NCBI GenBank assembly: GCA_050011875.1
Contig: JBEKIG010000003.1
Span: 32,001 to 96,000, forward strand
Direction: 5' to 3'
Source of the DNA: Nitrososphaeria archaeon
Lineage (GTDB): Archaea; Thermoproteota; Nitrososphaeria; JACIWG01
Length of the DNA: 64,000 bases
Shown here: positions 10,035 through 19,804 of the stretch, in pieces
How the letters are laid out: every line of letters begins with the position of its first letter
How positions within the stretch are numbered: the first letter of the stretch is position 1
Program-made: the position numbers and the translations under genes
Notes under the pieces: generated by a model
What the model saw: the letters and a program-made list of their open reading frames with translations, nothing else
The model's database searches: none
Told to the model about the DNA's origin: nothing

Positions 10035-11111
10035 TTATAGGATCTTTTTATATATTTCGTATAATTTTTTAGAGACAACCTTTAGGGAATGAAATTCTAA
10101 AGCCCAGCGTTTCGTTAAGGTAACTTCTTTACGTTTCATCTCTTCGTCCAACATCATATCGAGTGTATATCTTGCAATATCTGGAGGAGAAAGATACGAA
10201 GGCATTGGAGGTAGATTTGGGTAGTACGGAAGTTTGTAGATGTTTTTATTCCAGAACGTCGAAATTGGTTTGCCTGCGGCCATGGCTTCTAGTTCAACAA
10301 GACCCAGTGCTCCGAATGCAAACTGTCCCCATACCACGGTGCTCTTTTTCAGATGATCGATGTATCCACCTCGCGATAACACCGGGAGCCATATTACCCT
10401 TTTATCATTTCTTAATTCTTCATAGAACCGAGGATAGTCAATACCCCACATTATTGTCTTTAGTCGGACTCTTTCGTCAAGTTTCCTTAATATCTTCCAA
10501 GCATCAAACGCTACCGATGTTTTTTTGGTTAATTCATCGTGCCTTGTAGGTAAGAAGACAGTAAATCTATCTTCATCTCCATGTTGGTTTTCATTTATCA
10601 TAGGGTCTATTGGACATGGCATATAGCTTGAATGCTCACGAGAACCTTTCCAAAATAAATAGTTGATAAGGTCTGGTGTGCTGACTAAATTCCAATTTTC
10701 TCTGAACATTCCATAACATGTACGTGCCACTTGTCTACTACCCCATCCACCATACTTGTAGAACTTACGTAGTTCCACACCATGAAAATAGCGTATAACT
10801 TTAGCTCGGTTTAACTTCACTAGAATTGAATTTATGACACCCCCTCCTCCATGAAGATGGATGATTTCAAATTTATCCTTGTTTAGAAGACGTGCAATAT
10901 CAAAATAATTTATTGGTCTTTCCATTCGAAAGCGACGAATATCTACATTAAGTGGGTTTCCAGAATCATATCCGTAAGTTAGCTTTCTCTCCCAATCATC
11001 CCTTGATGTGGAGGGCATAAAGAGAGAACTCTCTATTCCAAAGTATTTCTCTACACCGTAAGCTAGAAGATAAGGGACATTTACAGTATTGTAGAAATGT
11101 GCTACCTTCAT
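10035..11111 (-). CDS. GT-B glycosyltransferase (GT4-like)
   Basis: IIHLHG, FHGVELR, GLVELEAMAAGKP. Confidence 0.85.
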   Translation of the reverse strand: MKVAHFYNTVNVPYLLAYGVEKYFGIESSLFMPSTSRDDWERKLTYGYDSGNPLNVDIRRFRMERPINYFDIARLLNKDKFEIIHLHGGGGVINSILVKLNRAKVIRYFHGVELRKFYKYGGWGSRQVARTCYGMFRENWNLVSTPDLINYLFWKGSREHSSYMPCPIDPMINENQHGDEDRFTVFLPTRHDELTKKTSVAFDAWKILRKLDERVRLKTIMWGIDYPRFYEELRNDKRVIWLPVLSRGGYIDHLKKSTVVWGQFAFGALGLVELEAMAAGKPISTFWNKNIYKLPYYPNLPPMPSYLSPPDIARYTLDMMLDEEMKRKEVTLTKRWALEFHSLKVVSKKLYEIYKKIL

Positions 11112-11373
11112 ATTGTGTTCTTAGCGAATATGTCTGTTTTTCTATTCTGCTGCAAGTTTTTTATTAAGTGTTTATTGAGTGAATGTTCTTTTGATTTCTC
11201 TAATACCAAAATGCTTTTTTCATTAAATAAGGTACTTAGTTCTTTTAAATCAATTACTCGCATTCAAAAAACCTACACGATAGAAAGTGACAATCAGAAT
11301 AAGAATATTTTGAGTTCTTCTGAAACGTTATCATGCTCCTTTCTTATCGACAACATCCTCAAATACCAAGTTT

Positions 11374-12369
11374 TCATGCTTTCAGCCAGCTAATAGCACT
11401 TGCAAGATAGAGAGCATCGCAGTGTGCGCACACAGTAATCCTATTTCCTTGTCCTTTCATGTGAAGCTTTTTAACATTATCTAATGTCTTCGAGCTTAAT
11501 ACCTTATTGAGGCTTTGTTTAGATAAATCCCCTAGCTTGATTGAGCAATTGTAGTCCATATTACATAATGGAACATTTCCATCAGCCATAACTGCTATCT
11601 GTTCCCATAGATGTCTACAAGGAAAAGCGTAATTAGTCTTCAATTCTAATGACTTTGGTATTGCACCCATTGTTCTGTCAGGGCACACTTCACAGTTATC
11701 GGCATAACGTTCACTAAAACTCTTAAATGCCGCAACCTCGCCTATATTGTCACTAGTTATAGCCATATTGAACTGAATCAAAGGTTTCTTTCTCGAACTC
11801 CTATTTCTCGCTTCAATAAGATTGAGTGCATTCTTTATGACCATATTGAAATCGGCGCCTCTTCTAATCTTTTCGTAAGTTTTTTTAGTAACACCGTCAA
11901 TGCTTATGACGATCAAATCTATCCCCGAAGACAGTAGTTTCCCGATCTTATCATCGGTTAAGAGGGTCGCATTAGTGAACATACTAACTATCAAATTTTT
12001 ACTTTTGGCATATGCAATCCTATCGAATAGCAATGGATCTAGAAGTGGTTCGTTATAGAAATTTAGAGTAATATGTGTGATACCAAATAACGAACACTGG
12101 TCGATTATTTTTTTATATAGTGACATATCCATGACAGTGGTTCCCCTAGATTTCTGGCCTTGTCTCTCCAAAGTAGTAGGGCACATCCGGCATCTTAGGT
12201 TACATGCACTGCATGTTTCGATAAGCATTAATTTTGGCGTTGGAAATGAGTTTGACCTTATTTTGGCGATTTTCGAATATATTAAGGGATACATATGTCC
12301 GATAAACGGCATTTGAATCAATGAGAATACTTTTCGTTCAGTGATGAGTAATGACAGGGATTTTGTCAA
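11374..12369 (-). CDS. Radical SAM protein with SPASM/twitch domain
   Basis: CNLRCRMC, NEPLL, TNA, SIDG; C-terminal PC...DGNVPLC...CAHC. Confidence 0.92.
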   Translation of the reverse strand: MTKSLSLLITERKVFSLIQMPFIGHMYPLIYSKIAKIRSNSFPTPKLMLIETCSACNLRCRMCPTTLERQGQKSRGTTVMDMSLYKKIIDQCSLFGITHITLNFYNEPLLDPLLFDRIAYAKSKNLIVSMFTNATLLTDDKIGKLLSSGIDLIVISIDGVTKKTYEKIRRGADFNMVIKNALNLIEARNRSSRKKPLIQFNMAITSDNIGEVAAFKSFSERYADNCEVCPDRTMGAIPKSLELKTNYAFPCRHLWEQIAVMADGNVPLCNMDYNCSIKLGDLSKQSLNKVLSSKTLDNVKKLHMKGQGNRITVCAHCDALYLASAISWLKA

Positions 12370-12403
12370 GATTTAGGACTCTGTAATGGTTTGTTAAAGC
12401 GAC

Positions 12404-12443
12404 TCTTTAATGTTAGGATTATTTCTTTAATGTTAGGATTATT
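12404..12443. repeat. Perfect 20-bp tandem duplication upstream of the radical SAM gene
   Basis: tctttaatgttaggattatt x2. Confidence 0.9.
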
Positions 12444-12595
12444 GTTTGGCGGTAAATTTGGAAAATAAGTAGGTTTTCCTTTGGTTTTTCCAGCACAAAA
12501 ATGCTCTTTCTGTCAAATAGAGTACTTACGCTTTTAGATTAATTATTTTCATTTAAAAAATCCAAACGGTGGGGAAGAATAAATTATAAAGGAAA

Positions 12596-13450
12596 TCAAG
12601 ATACTAATATTTTACGCTTAAAAGTTCTGAGAGCAGCATATTGATAGATCTTAGCTAATTCGTCTGAAACAGGATCGCTTTCCTTTATTTTGGACTTCGT
12701 TCTTAAATAACCAATAAAGTATGAAAAATCCTTTTTTCGAACGGTCTTATAGATAACCCACCAAAAAGGCAATCCATGGTAAGCGTCTGCAACCCCTTTC
12801 ATTATTCCCCTGAAGTAGCTAACGTTCCTGAAGGTCCAGGACATTGCACAAGGGATAGGATATACATAATTTCCCATTGAGAGGGTTAACAGTATGTGAT
12901 CAAAATCCCATGAGGCAAGTTTCCTAATATCTGATATGTTATTCAATTTGAGCCAATGATTTCCCTTATATAAGCGATTAGATCCCCAGAGCATGATTTT
13001 TATTTTATCCAAAGGAAAAGAATCATCGTTAAGCCCAATAGGTTCAAGAGTACCAGCAGTTATACAAAGTCTGGGGTCTTTATGGAAATATGGTATTAGC
13101 TTCTCAAAATATCTTTTTTCAATTACAACATCGGACTCTATTACTGCTACGTAGTCTATATTTGATGATGTTTCCTCCAGGGTTTTGTTAAGATGCCAAT
13201 AGACATTATTAATATTCCACTTTCCCAGTTCAGAATATCTTTTAATGTTTATAATCGAGAAGTCTATTCCGCTCGGTTTAAGGATATTCTGAGCAATTTC
13301 TAAGCTTCTGTCTGTTGAATCATTGTTACCGATAATTACTTTTGAAGGTTTAACAGATTGTTTTAGCAAACTATCTAGCATGAAAGAAATTCTTTCTTCC
13401 TCATTAAATACAGGTGTCAGGACCGCTATCTTTGGTTCCATGCAAACCAT
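12596..13450 (-). CDS. Glycosyltransferase family 2
   Basis: VLTPVFNEE, NNDSTDRS, ESD. Confidence 0.85.
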   Translation of the reverse strand: MVCMEPKIAVLTPVFNEEERISFMLDSLLKQSVKPSKVIIGNNDSTDRSLEIAQNILKPSGIDFSIINIKRYSELGKWNINNVYWHLNKTLEETSSNIDYVAVIESDVVIEKRYFEKLIPYFHKDPRLCITAGTLEPIGLNDDSFPLDKIKIMLWGSNRLYKGNHWLKLNNISDIRKLASWDFDHILLTLSMGNYVYPIPCAMSWTFRNVSYFRGIMKGVADAYHGLPFWWVIYKTVRKKDFSYFIGYLRTKSKIKESDPVSDELAKIYQYAALRTFKRKILVS

Positions 13451-13473
13451 TTGAATTTCTGATTTTAGTTATA

Positions 13474-15258
13474 TCAGCCTTGTACTGATATTACTAAATG
13501 AGTATCACTCATGTATACGATGTCGCTGATTGATGATTGGTTCAATACCGCTTCCTGCTGCAGCCTTGCTATTGTTAGTATAAATAAGGCTTGTCCATAA
13601 TCTCTAAATGTACTCTGCCCATCCAATATACTATATATTATCTGCCTTACAGGCTTGTATAGACCTAATGATATAGTGATATCATAATCACTGTACACTG
13701 TTATATTTTGTTTTAAGAGGCCTAAAAGGTCATTTGACTGTATATATGTATCATAAGGGTGTATGGTAGAGGAAACTTCAAAATTAGGGTGCTCTGTGGT
13801 AGCATATTCTGGGCTGTAGGATCCCAGAGCCACCATTGACGCTAGTAGAATAACAATTATTATGACTGGAAATATTTTAAACTTCTCTAAGGTCAGATCT
13901 ATGGCAATTACGGATGATAGCATAGCTAAAAAGAATGCTACGGGCAACATGTATTGAGCCGATCCAGATCCGATCACGTAGCCTGAAAAAGCAAAAGCAA
14001 TGAAAAGGATTGAAGATATCGCAGATGAAAAACCTAGGTTAATCTTCGCCCCACTTAAAACAGATTCAGTCGGTTTTTTTCTCAAAAAGAAAAATATGAG
14101 TGCCAGGGCAAGCGATGCTGCTATCGCGAATGGGACGGCCCATGCGTAAGAGAATATCCTAAAACTAGGATCACTGTAACCTGGAGCAATTAAACTGGTT
14201 ATGGTAGTGCCTCCTATTACCTCTCCCGCTTTTCCACCCAGTAGCATACTAACAAAGCCGATGCCAGCATCATAGAGACTCTTCGCATCTCCAAGAACTA
14301 GGGTTGAAAGGTACAAGTTGAACCAGTACGCTGAAGTAATTAGAAGAGTTATCTTCAGCGCTTTATCCATACCCTTTATGCTGGTGAATTTCAAAAGGGG
14401 AATTAGGGAAGATACTACAAAAAGGCCTATTAGAGTTATTGGCGCTATCGGGTGAGCGAAGACGCCTACTATTATCGGCAATATCATTAGACTAATCGTT
14501 TTGCGGCTGGGCTGTACAGTGTTCATCATTAGAAGCAATAGAACAAGGAACATGTAAGGGAGAGGTAAACCTATTCTCCCTATCACGACAGATAAATTGG
14601 GTATTGATATTAAGAGCATAAGCCCAGGTAGAGATTTATCCGCCCCAATCTTTCTTAGTAGCACCCAAAACATGAGAAACGAGACAACTAATTGGACTGT
14701 GGGATAAATGATGTTAATTCCTGAAGTCGTCAGATTAGTTATTAAACCAAAGGGGACCATTAAAAGGTCATAAATGGGTATAAAATAATACAATCCTTCT
14801 GCTTCTGCTGAGGCGAAACCAGTTTGATATGCCGTTACGTTACCGCTTGTGTAGAGAGGTAATATGCTGAGAGTAGAAGGTGGATACATATGATTCCAGA
14901 CGAAGAGGGAAATTGTAGGTGTCAGTACCGCTACAACCATAGCGAAAAGAAGTACGGAAAATTTCCCACGAAAGACTGTATAGACTACGAATAAACCTGA
15001 TAACACACCCTCCATGATGAAGAAAATAATAGGCCTAACAGCTTCATTACCTATTGGTAAAACTGATGAGATAGCTGTGATAAGAGTCAGTAATATTACA
15101 ATGATATCAAGTAGTTTAGCTGATCTTAAACTAATTCTCGGTTTAGACCTTCCCTTACCCCATAAACTGTAGATAAGAGTTGGAACTAACAGTAGTACAA
15201 GTACAATTCCTTCATACATGATGGCTTCTGTAAACGTTTTAGGTTGAAGTATAGACAA
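13474..15258 (-). CDS. Polytopic membrane protein of the glycan locus (GT-C/polymerase-like, function unknown)
   Basis: Many hydrophobic segments with extracellular loops; TTG start with AAGGAG upstream. Confidence 0.7.
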   Translation of the reverse strand: MSILQPKTFTEAIMYEGIVLVLLLVPTLIYSLWGKGRSKPRISLRSAKLLDIIVILLTLITAISSVLPIGNEAVRPIIFFIMEGVLSGLFVVYTVFRGKFSVLLFAMVVAVLTPTISLFVWNHMYPPSTLSILPLYTSGNVTAYQTGFASAEAEGLYYFIPIYDLLMVPFGLITNLTTSGINIIYPTVQLVVSFLMFWVLLRKIGADKSLPGLMLLISIPNLSVVIGRIGLPLPYMFLVLLLLMMNTVQPSRKTISLMILPIIVGVFAHPIAPITLIGLFVVSSLIPLLKFTSIKGMDKALKITLLITSAYWFNLYLSTLVLGDAKSLYDAGIGFVSMLLGGKAGEVIGGTTITSLIAPGYSDPSFRIFSYAWAVPFAIAASLALALIFFFLRKKPTESVLSGAKINLGFSSAISSILFIAFAFSGYVIGSGSAQYMLPVAFFLAMLSSVIAIDLTLEKFKIFPVIIIVILLASMVALGSYSPEYATTEHPNFEVSSTIHPYDTYIQSNDLLGLLKQNITVYSDYDITISLGLYKPVRQIIYSILDGQSTFRDYGQALFILTIARLQQEAVLNQSSISDIVYMSDTHLVISVQG

Positions 15259-15308
15259 TTAATTCCAAAGTCTCCTTATTTCTACATTCCACCTAATACT
15301 TTCTTCAC
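15191..15308. repeat. 118-bp direct repeat, copy 1 (copy 2 at 16387-16504)
   Basis: Ungapped alignment by eye, about 7 mismatches. Confidence 0.93.
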
Positions 15309-16285
15309 TTATCATGGATTTCCTGGATGGTTTTTTTTATTTGCCTCTCAAGTTCGACTGCTTTGTCCTGAACTTTACTTCTATAGAATTGGTAGTTGCT
15401 CAACAACACGTTTTCTGCGTCAAGAAGGGAGGATGGTTGATGGACATCAAAGTAGACAGCACTGTCCCCTAGTACTGATTTCAATGCCAAAGTATTAGAA
15501 GCCAAAATAGGTTTTCCGCAGGCTAATGCTTCAAAAGACGAACATTGTGCGTCTAGGTCACTGGTTGTCGCCGATAGGACGAATTTACTGTTCAAGAGAA
15601 TCCCCAAATAAGCCCCATAATCCAAATACCCAGTAAAAAAGACGTTTTTACCAATACCAAGTCTTCGAATCGAGGCAAGTATACGGGGTGGAGGTCGACC
15701 AGTCACAACTAATGGTATAGAAATTTGCAAACTATCCCACATGTGTATCAAGTCGTTAATTGGTTCGTCGGGGTGCCAGCTAGCAGGAAATAACGCATAT
15801 TCATCTAATCCCAAATCCATTTTGCAATCTGTATCCTTAACTAACTCTTGTAAAGTATAAAATGGGTCATAGAGTACAGTGGCTTTTGGAGCTAGTTTTT
15901 TTGGGAGGAGGAAATAGTTTGTCTCGTTATGTAATAGAATCACGTCGACATATTCAAGAAGACCCTTGAAAGGGGCATTTAAAATGCCGTGCTTGCTGAA
16001 TTCAAATTGTGCCGTCAGAAAGCCTGTATGCACATCGGCAATCAACTTGAAGCCCTTTTTGAAACTCTTCATCATTAAGACTGAAAGTAGTAAGGGTCCA
16101 GTCGGCAGTTGAACAACTACAGAATGCGGCTTAACTGTCTCTAGTTGGTCATTAATCTTCGCGGCTAAATCAATGTAGGGAGGGCTAGATCGTATTAGGC
16201 AGAGCTTAGCACCTAGTGCTTTTGCTAACAATATACTTCTTGTAGTAAGTACATTTAGAGCGAAAACAATTTTTCGCTGTTCCAT
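15305..16285 (-). CDS. GT-B glycosyltransferase (GT4-like)
   Basis: IADVHTG, DEP, SFEALACGKPILASN; start moved to ATG 16285. Confidence 0.85.
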   Translation of the reverse strand: MEQRKIVFALNVLTTRSILLAKALGAKLCLIRSSPPYIDLAAKINDQLETVKPHSVVVQLPTGPLLLSVLMMKSFKKGFKLIADVHTGFLTAQFEFSKHGILNAPFKGLLEYVDVILLHNETNYFLLPKKLAPKATVLYDPFYTLQELVKDTDCKMDLGLDEYALFPASWHPDEPINDLIHMWDSLQISIPLVVTGRPPPRILASIRRLGIGKNVFFTGYLDYGAYLGILLNSKFVLSATTSDLDAQCSSFEALACGKPILASNTLALKSVLGDSAVYFDVHQPSSLLDAENVLLSNYQFYRSKVQDKAVELERQIKKTIQEIHDK

Positions 16286-16295
16286 TTTATCAAGC

Positions 16296-16454
16296 TTAGG
16301 TAATAACAACTAAGTGCTTTTTACTATTATAAATTGCATTATTGTCATATACTTGAATCACTACCCTCTCCTGCTGCAATCTCCTGAGTAGTACAAGTAA
16401 AATTGCTTCATACATGATGGCTTCTGTAAACGTTTCAGGTTGGAGTATAGCCAA
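16296..16454 (-). pseudogene. Internally deleted paralog of the 13474..15258 membrane protein (N- and C-termini fused, 52 codons)
   Basis: Translates MAILQPETFTEAIMYEAILLVLL-RRLQQERVVIQVYDNNAIYNSKKHLVVIT*, matching MSILQPKTFTEAIMYEGIVLVLL and ARLQQEAVLNQSSISDIVYMSDTHLVISV. Confidence 0.8.
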
Positions 16455-16504
16455 TTAATTTCAAAGTCTCCTTATTTCTATATTCCACCTAATACTTTCT
16501 TCAC
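16387..16504. repeat. 118-bp direct repeat, copy 2
   Basis: Matches 15191-15308; spans the 3' end of the nucleotidyltransferase, the RBS and the membrane-protein start. Confidence 0.93.
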
Positions 16505-17521
16505 CGAATATTTCAGAGTCGATTTTCGAGAGAGGATGTTGCCTATTAAAAGCAAATACTTTCTTGAATCCTGCGAACTTCTAGCCAAGTTCGCTAAAAT
16601 CTGGAGATGTGTATTCGTGCCAAGTTTTATTGGAAAGTCTCCTTCAAGCATCTTTTCTGAAGCCTTTCTTTCTATTAGAGCCCATCGACTTGTGTTCGTC
16701 TTCCCCATTTTTTCAAGGACGTGTGAATCATCCAAAGCTAGCGCATCGATCTTCAACCCTACAGAAACTAGTTCTCTCGAAAGGCCGATTTCAGAAAAAA
16801 CAGCTCGTGTATCCGTCAAGCTATATTTTTGAAACAGCATTAAAGAATCATATATATCACTCAACTTAAGTTCAGCTTCTTTAACTAACGAATGTAAAAC
16901 CCTTATGATTGCTTCCAGCATATCATCAGGCGTATGAATGGTTAATTTCCTATCCCCCAAGTTGATGCTCTTTTCTACCGTATATTTGAAAATCAGTTCC
17001 GGTTTAAGGTAGCTCACCCCTGCAACGGTCAGGTCAGTATGTAGGTCCAATATTATGGGGTTCCCTTTAATTATCAGGCCAGTGGCATATTTCTTCCTGG
17101 TATCGTCAATTAAGTAAAACCCGCTGTTCAACAAAAATGTGATTGTTTTAGGTAAGTCTTCCAGAGGGACAATAAAATCTGAATCTACGCCCACATAGCC
17201 GCTCGGACAGTAGGTCTTAAAGATCGCATATGATATATTGTGTCCGTCTAGGACAGATACCGCTCTCTCAACCATTTTGTCCCTATACCTTGCCAAAATT
17301 TTATCCTTCTCAACCATCGGACCCAGTTCGTTTAGAAGGCCTTGATTTCTCATTTCTCCTTTCATTGAGCTAAGGTACTTGTGCGCGGCAACATGGATCC
17401 TGTTCTTGGCCAATATATCTGAGAGAGCTTTAACGTTTTCGATCGGAATTTTAGGCGGAGGTGTGTTATGATATATGCTCCTGGTTATTTCAAGAGCTTC
17501 GAAACCTAGATTACTGGGCAT
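16478..17521 (-). CDS. Nucleotidyltransferase (NTP_transf_5-like, Pol-beta fold)
   Basis: YAIFKT...VDSDFIV (K...DxD), ILDLH, later H and SD motifs. Confidence 0.7.
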   Translation of the reverse strand: MPSNLGFEALEITRSIYHNTPPPKIPIENVKALSDILAKNRIHVAAHKYLSSMKGEMRNQGLLNELGPMVEKDKILARYRDKMVERAVSVLDGHNISYAIFKTYCPSGYVGVDSDFIVPLEDLPKTITFLLNSGFYLIDDTRKKYATGLIIKGNPIILDLHTDLTVAGVSYLKPELIFKYTVEKSINLGDRKLTIHTPDDMLEAIIRVLHSLVKEAELKLSDIYDSLMLFQKYSLTDTRAVFSEIGLSRELVSVGLKIDALALDDSHVLEKMGKTNTSRWALIERKASEKMLEGDFPIKLGTNTHLQILANLARSSQDSRKYLLLIGNILSRKSTLKYSVKKVLGGI

Positions 17522-17522
17522 T

Positions 17523-18584
17523 TTAATTGTACAACTTTTCAGAAATTTCTGTTGAAACCTTCTTCCAAGTGTAATCGTATCTTCTTTTTACCCCGTTAGG
17601 CTTTTCAAGCATGTCCGATATACTCTTCCCAACCTCATCGGCATCATAACCATGCACGATTCTAACGTTGTAATCGGCAAAATTATAGCCCCACGGTTTC
17701 GAAACAACAACGGGTAAGCCTATGCCAAGAGCTTCTGCGGTTACTATACTAAATGCCTCGTATAAGGATAGATTTGCAAAGAGACTTGAATTGCTCAAAA
17801 GTTCAAGATATTTTTTTCTCGGGAGAAAGTCATAATATTCAACTTGCAGTTGCAATCTCTTTGCCATTTCAAGGACGTTGGGAAGGTAGCTTCCATTCCC
17901 TACAATGCGGAAGGTAATCTTCTGTCCTAGCATCTGTTGAGCCTTTAAAATCGCTTTAGCTAACACATGAACCTGCTTGTATTCCTCTATCCTACCGGCG
18001 TACATCACCGAAGGTGTTTCTGGCTGTTTCCATCTATATAAGAAAGTATCATCTGAAATTCCATTTGGTATGATTATCGGTTCCACCTGAAAATCTCTTC
18101 GAAGTAGTTTTGATTCGAACAACGATACAGCATGTACCTTATCTGCTCGCTGAAGCGTTTTCCTTGCTAATGGTTTGTACAATTTCCACATCAGACGGGT
18201 TTGAGAATTACTTCCACCCTCATGATGGTGAGGTGAAACAATTAGTTTAGAGTCAAGGTGCAGGAGAGCATGAGAAAAGACGGTGACAGGCACCGTGAGC
18301 GCCCCAATATTATGCACGTGAACGACGTCCGCATCTATTTTTCGTAGCAAACCTGTTAGTTCCGGTGACGGGAAAAAATAATTGTTAGATGGGGCCACTC
18401 CAGCTATCCTAATAACTTCCACCCCATCGAATAAAATCTCTTGTTTAAGGGATCGATGGAGCCTTAAAGTCATAACGGTTACCTGATCACCCGATAGCGT
18501 AAGCTCCCGTGCCAAGTTTTCAATTACGTTTGAGAGTCCTCCACGGTATGGAGGAAATGAATGGCTGACTAAGAGAATTTTCAG
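17523..18584 (-). CDS. Glycosyltransferase family 4 (probable CTG start)
   Basis: Frame extends 23 codons beyond the track ORF to CTG-KILLVSHSFPPYRGG, a canonical GT4 N-terminus; EAFSIVTAEA. Confidence 0.85.
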   Translation of the reverse strand: MKILLVSHSFPPYRGGLSNVIENLARELTLSGDQVTVMTLRLHRSLKQEILFDGVEVIRIAGVAPSNNYFFPSPELTGLLRKIDADVVHVHNIGALTVPVTVFSHALLHLDSKLIVSPHHHEGGSNSQTRLMWKLYKPLARKTLQRADKVHAVSLFESKLLRRDFQVEPIIIPNGISDDTFLYRWKQPETPSVMYAGRIEEYKQVHVLAKAILKAQQMLGQKITFRIVGNGSYLPNVLEMAKRLQLQVEYYDFLPRKKYLELLSNSSLFANLSLYEAFSIVTAEALGIGLPVVVSKPWGYNFADYNVRIVHGYDADEVGKSISDMLEKPNGVKRRYDYTWKKVSTEISEKLYN

Positions 18585-18586
18585 AC

Positions 18587-19780
18587 CTAATTACCCACTA
18601 CGGACTCGTAGATCTTGATTGTCATTTCCGCAACCTTATCCCACGTGAACCTGTTCGCAAAGCGTCTCCCGTTTTGAGATAGCTTTGTTCTCAGATCTTG
18701 GTCTGAAATCAGGTTCTCTATGGCTTTTGACAAGGATTTCGGGTCACGTGGAGGTACAAGCAGCGCATCCTCTCCGTTTCTGGCAAGTGAAGGAAAACCC
18801 GAAATATTTGAGCTTATAACGCTGGTTTCCGCGACCATAGCTTCCAGCATAGAAATTGGACCCGCCTCATAGTCTGAAGACATGATAAAAATATCGGAAG
18901 CTCTATAATGGAGCTCAAGTTCATCGCGTGTGAGCCATCCCAAGAATTTTACTTTGTCATCGATCTTCAGCCTTATCGCCAGATTTATCAGGTTTGGTCT
19001 TAAGGGACCGTCTCCCCCTATCCTTACTTCAATCTTCTCTAAATACTCACCTTTGAGGAGTGACAATGCTTCAAGTAAAATATCGAGTTTCTTTCTTGCG
19101 ATGTGCTGGCAAGAGGTAAAGAGCAGTATCCTATCATCCTTGATGCCTAGCATTTCTTTGGCCTTTCCTTTAGAAATTGGAGAGTACATGTTCCTCGGAT
19201 CGACACCGTTCATTATTGTCACAAGTTTACTTACTCCCAACCTGTACTTTCTCGCGAGTTCATTTCTAACATGCAATGCGGGAGTAATTACTACCTTACT
19301 TGTAGCCAAAGACGCGTATTCCATCAGGAAACCAAATGACGTATAGAAAACCATGCGTTCGATATTCCTAAAGTGTGGGGAGCCAGCCAATATTGACGCG
19401 ACTTCCGAATAGCTGGTGTCATGAATAGTTGTAACCTTATTCTGGGCCTTGATCAGCCCACCGACATAAGGCTCCTGGATGTGGACGACATCGTACTTAT
19501 TTCCTTCGATGATCCCTATTATTTTTCTGGTGAATGAAGCAATGTCATAAGGAATTAGGAGGTCTCGTGATATGGGTTGACCCTCCCGGCTTATCATGGA
19601 GCTTTTTGGATCGATAAAGGTCACTTTCCCATTAGATTTTCCTGAATTCCCAAAGGAAATGACGTCGACGTCTACCCCAAGTTGTTCCAGTGAATTGACC
19701 AGGTTATACGTATGCGTGGCGACTCCACCGACGATAAATGGCGGATACTCTCTTCCGACGATTAGAACCCTAAGGTCCAT
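18587..19780 (-). CDS. Glycosyltransferase family 4
   Basis: REYPPFIVGGVATH, NGVD, EAGPISMLEAM. Confidence 0.92.
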   Translation of the reverse strand: MDLRVLIVGREYPPFIVGGVATHTYNLVNSLEQLGVDVDVISFGNSGKSNGKVTFIDPKSSMISREGQPISRDLLIPYDIASFTRKIIGIIEGNKYDVVHIQEPYVGGLIKAQNKVTTIHDTSYSEVASILAGSPHFRNIERMVFYTSFGFLMEYASLATSKVVITPALHVRNELARKYRLGVSKLVTIMNGVDPRNMYSPISKGKAKEMLGIKDDRILLFTSCQHIARKKLDILLEALSLLKGEYLEKIEVRIGGDGPLRPNLINLAIRLKIDDKVKFLGWLTRDELELHYRASDIFIMSSDYEAGPISMLEAMVAETSVISSNISGFPSLARNGEDALLVPPRDPKSLSKAIENLISDQDLRTKLSQNGRRFANRFTWDKVAEMTIKIYESVVGN

Positions 19781-19804
19781 CTGACGTTCAATTGTAGTTA
19801 TTAG

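Noticed and set aside
11374-12369. Radical SAM/SPASM as a peptide maturase
   Set aside because: No precursor peptide or PqqD/RRE domain nearby; the glycan context favours a sugar substrate
15244-16832. Similar + strand ORFs at 15244 and 16440 as a gene family
   Set aside because: Antisense shadows of the 118-bp repeat
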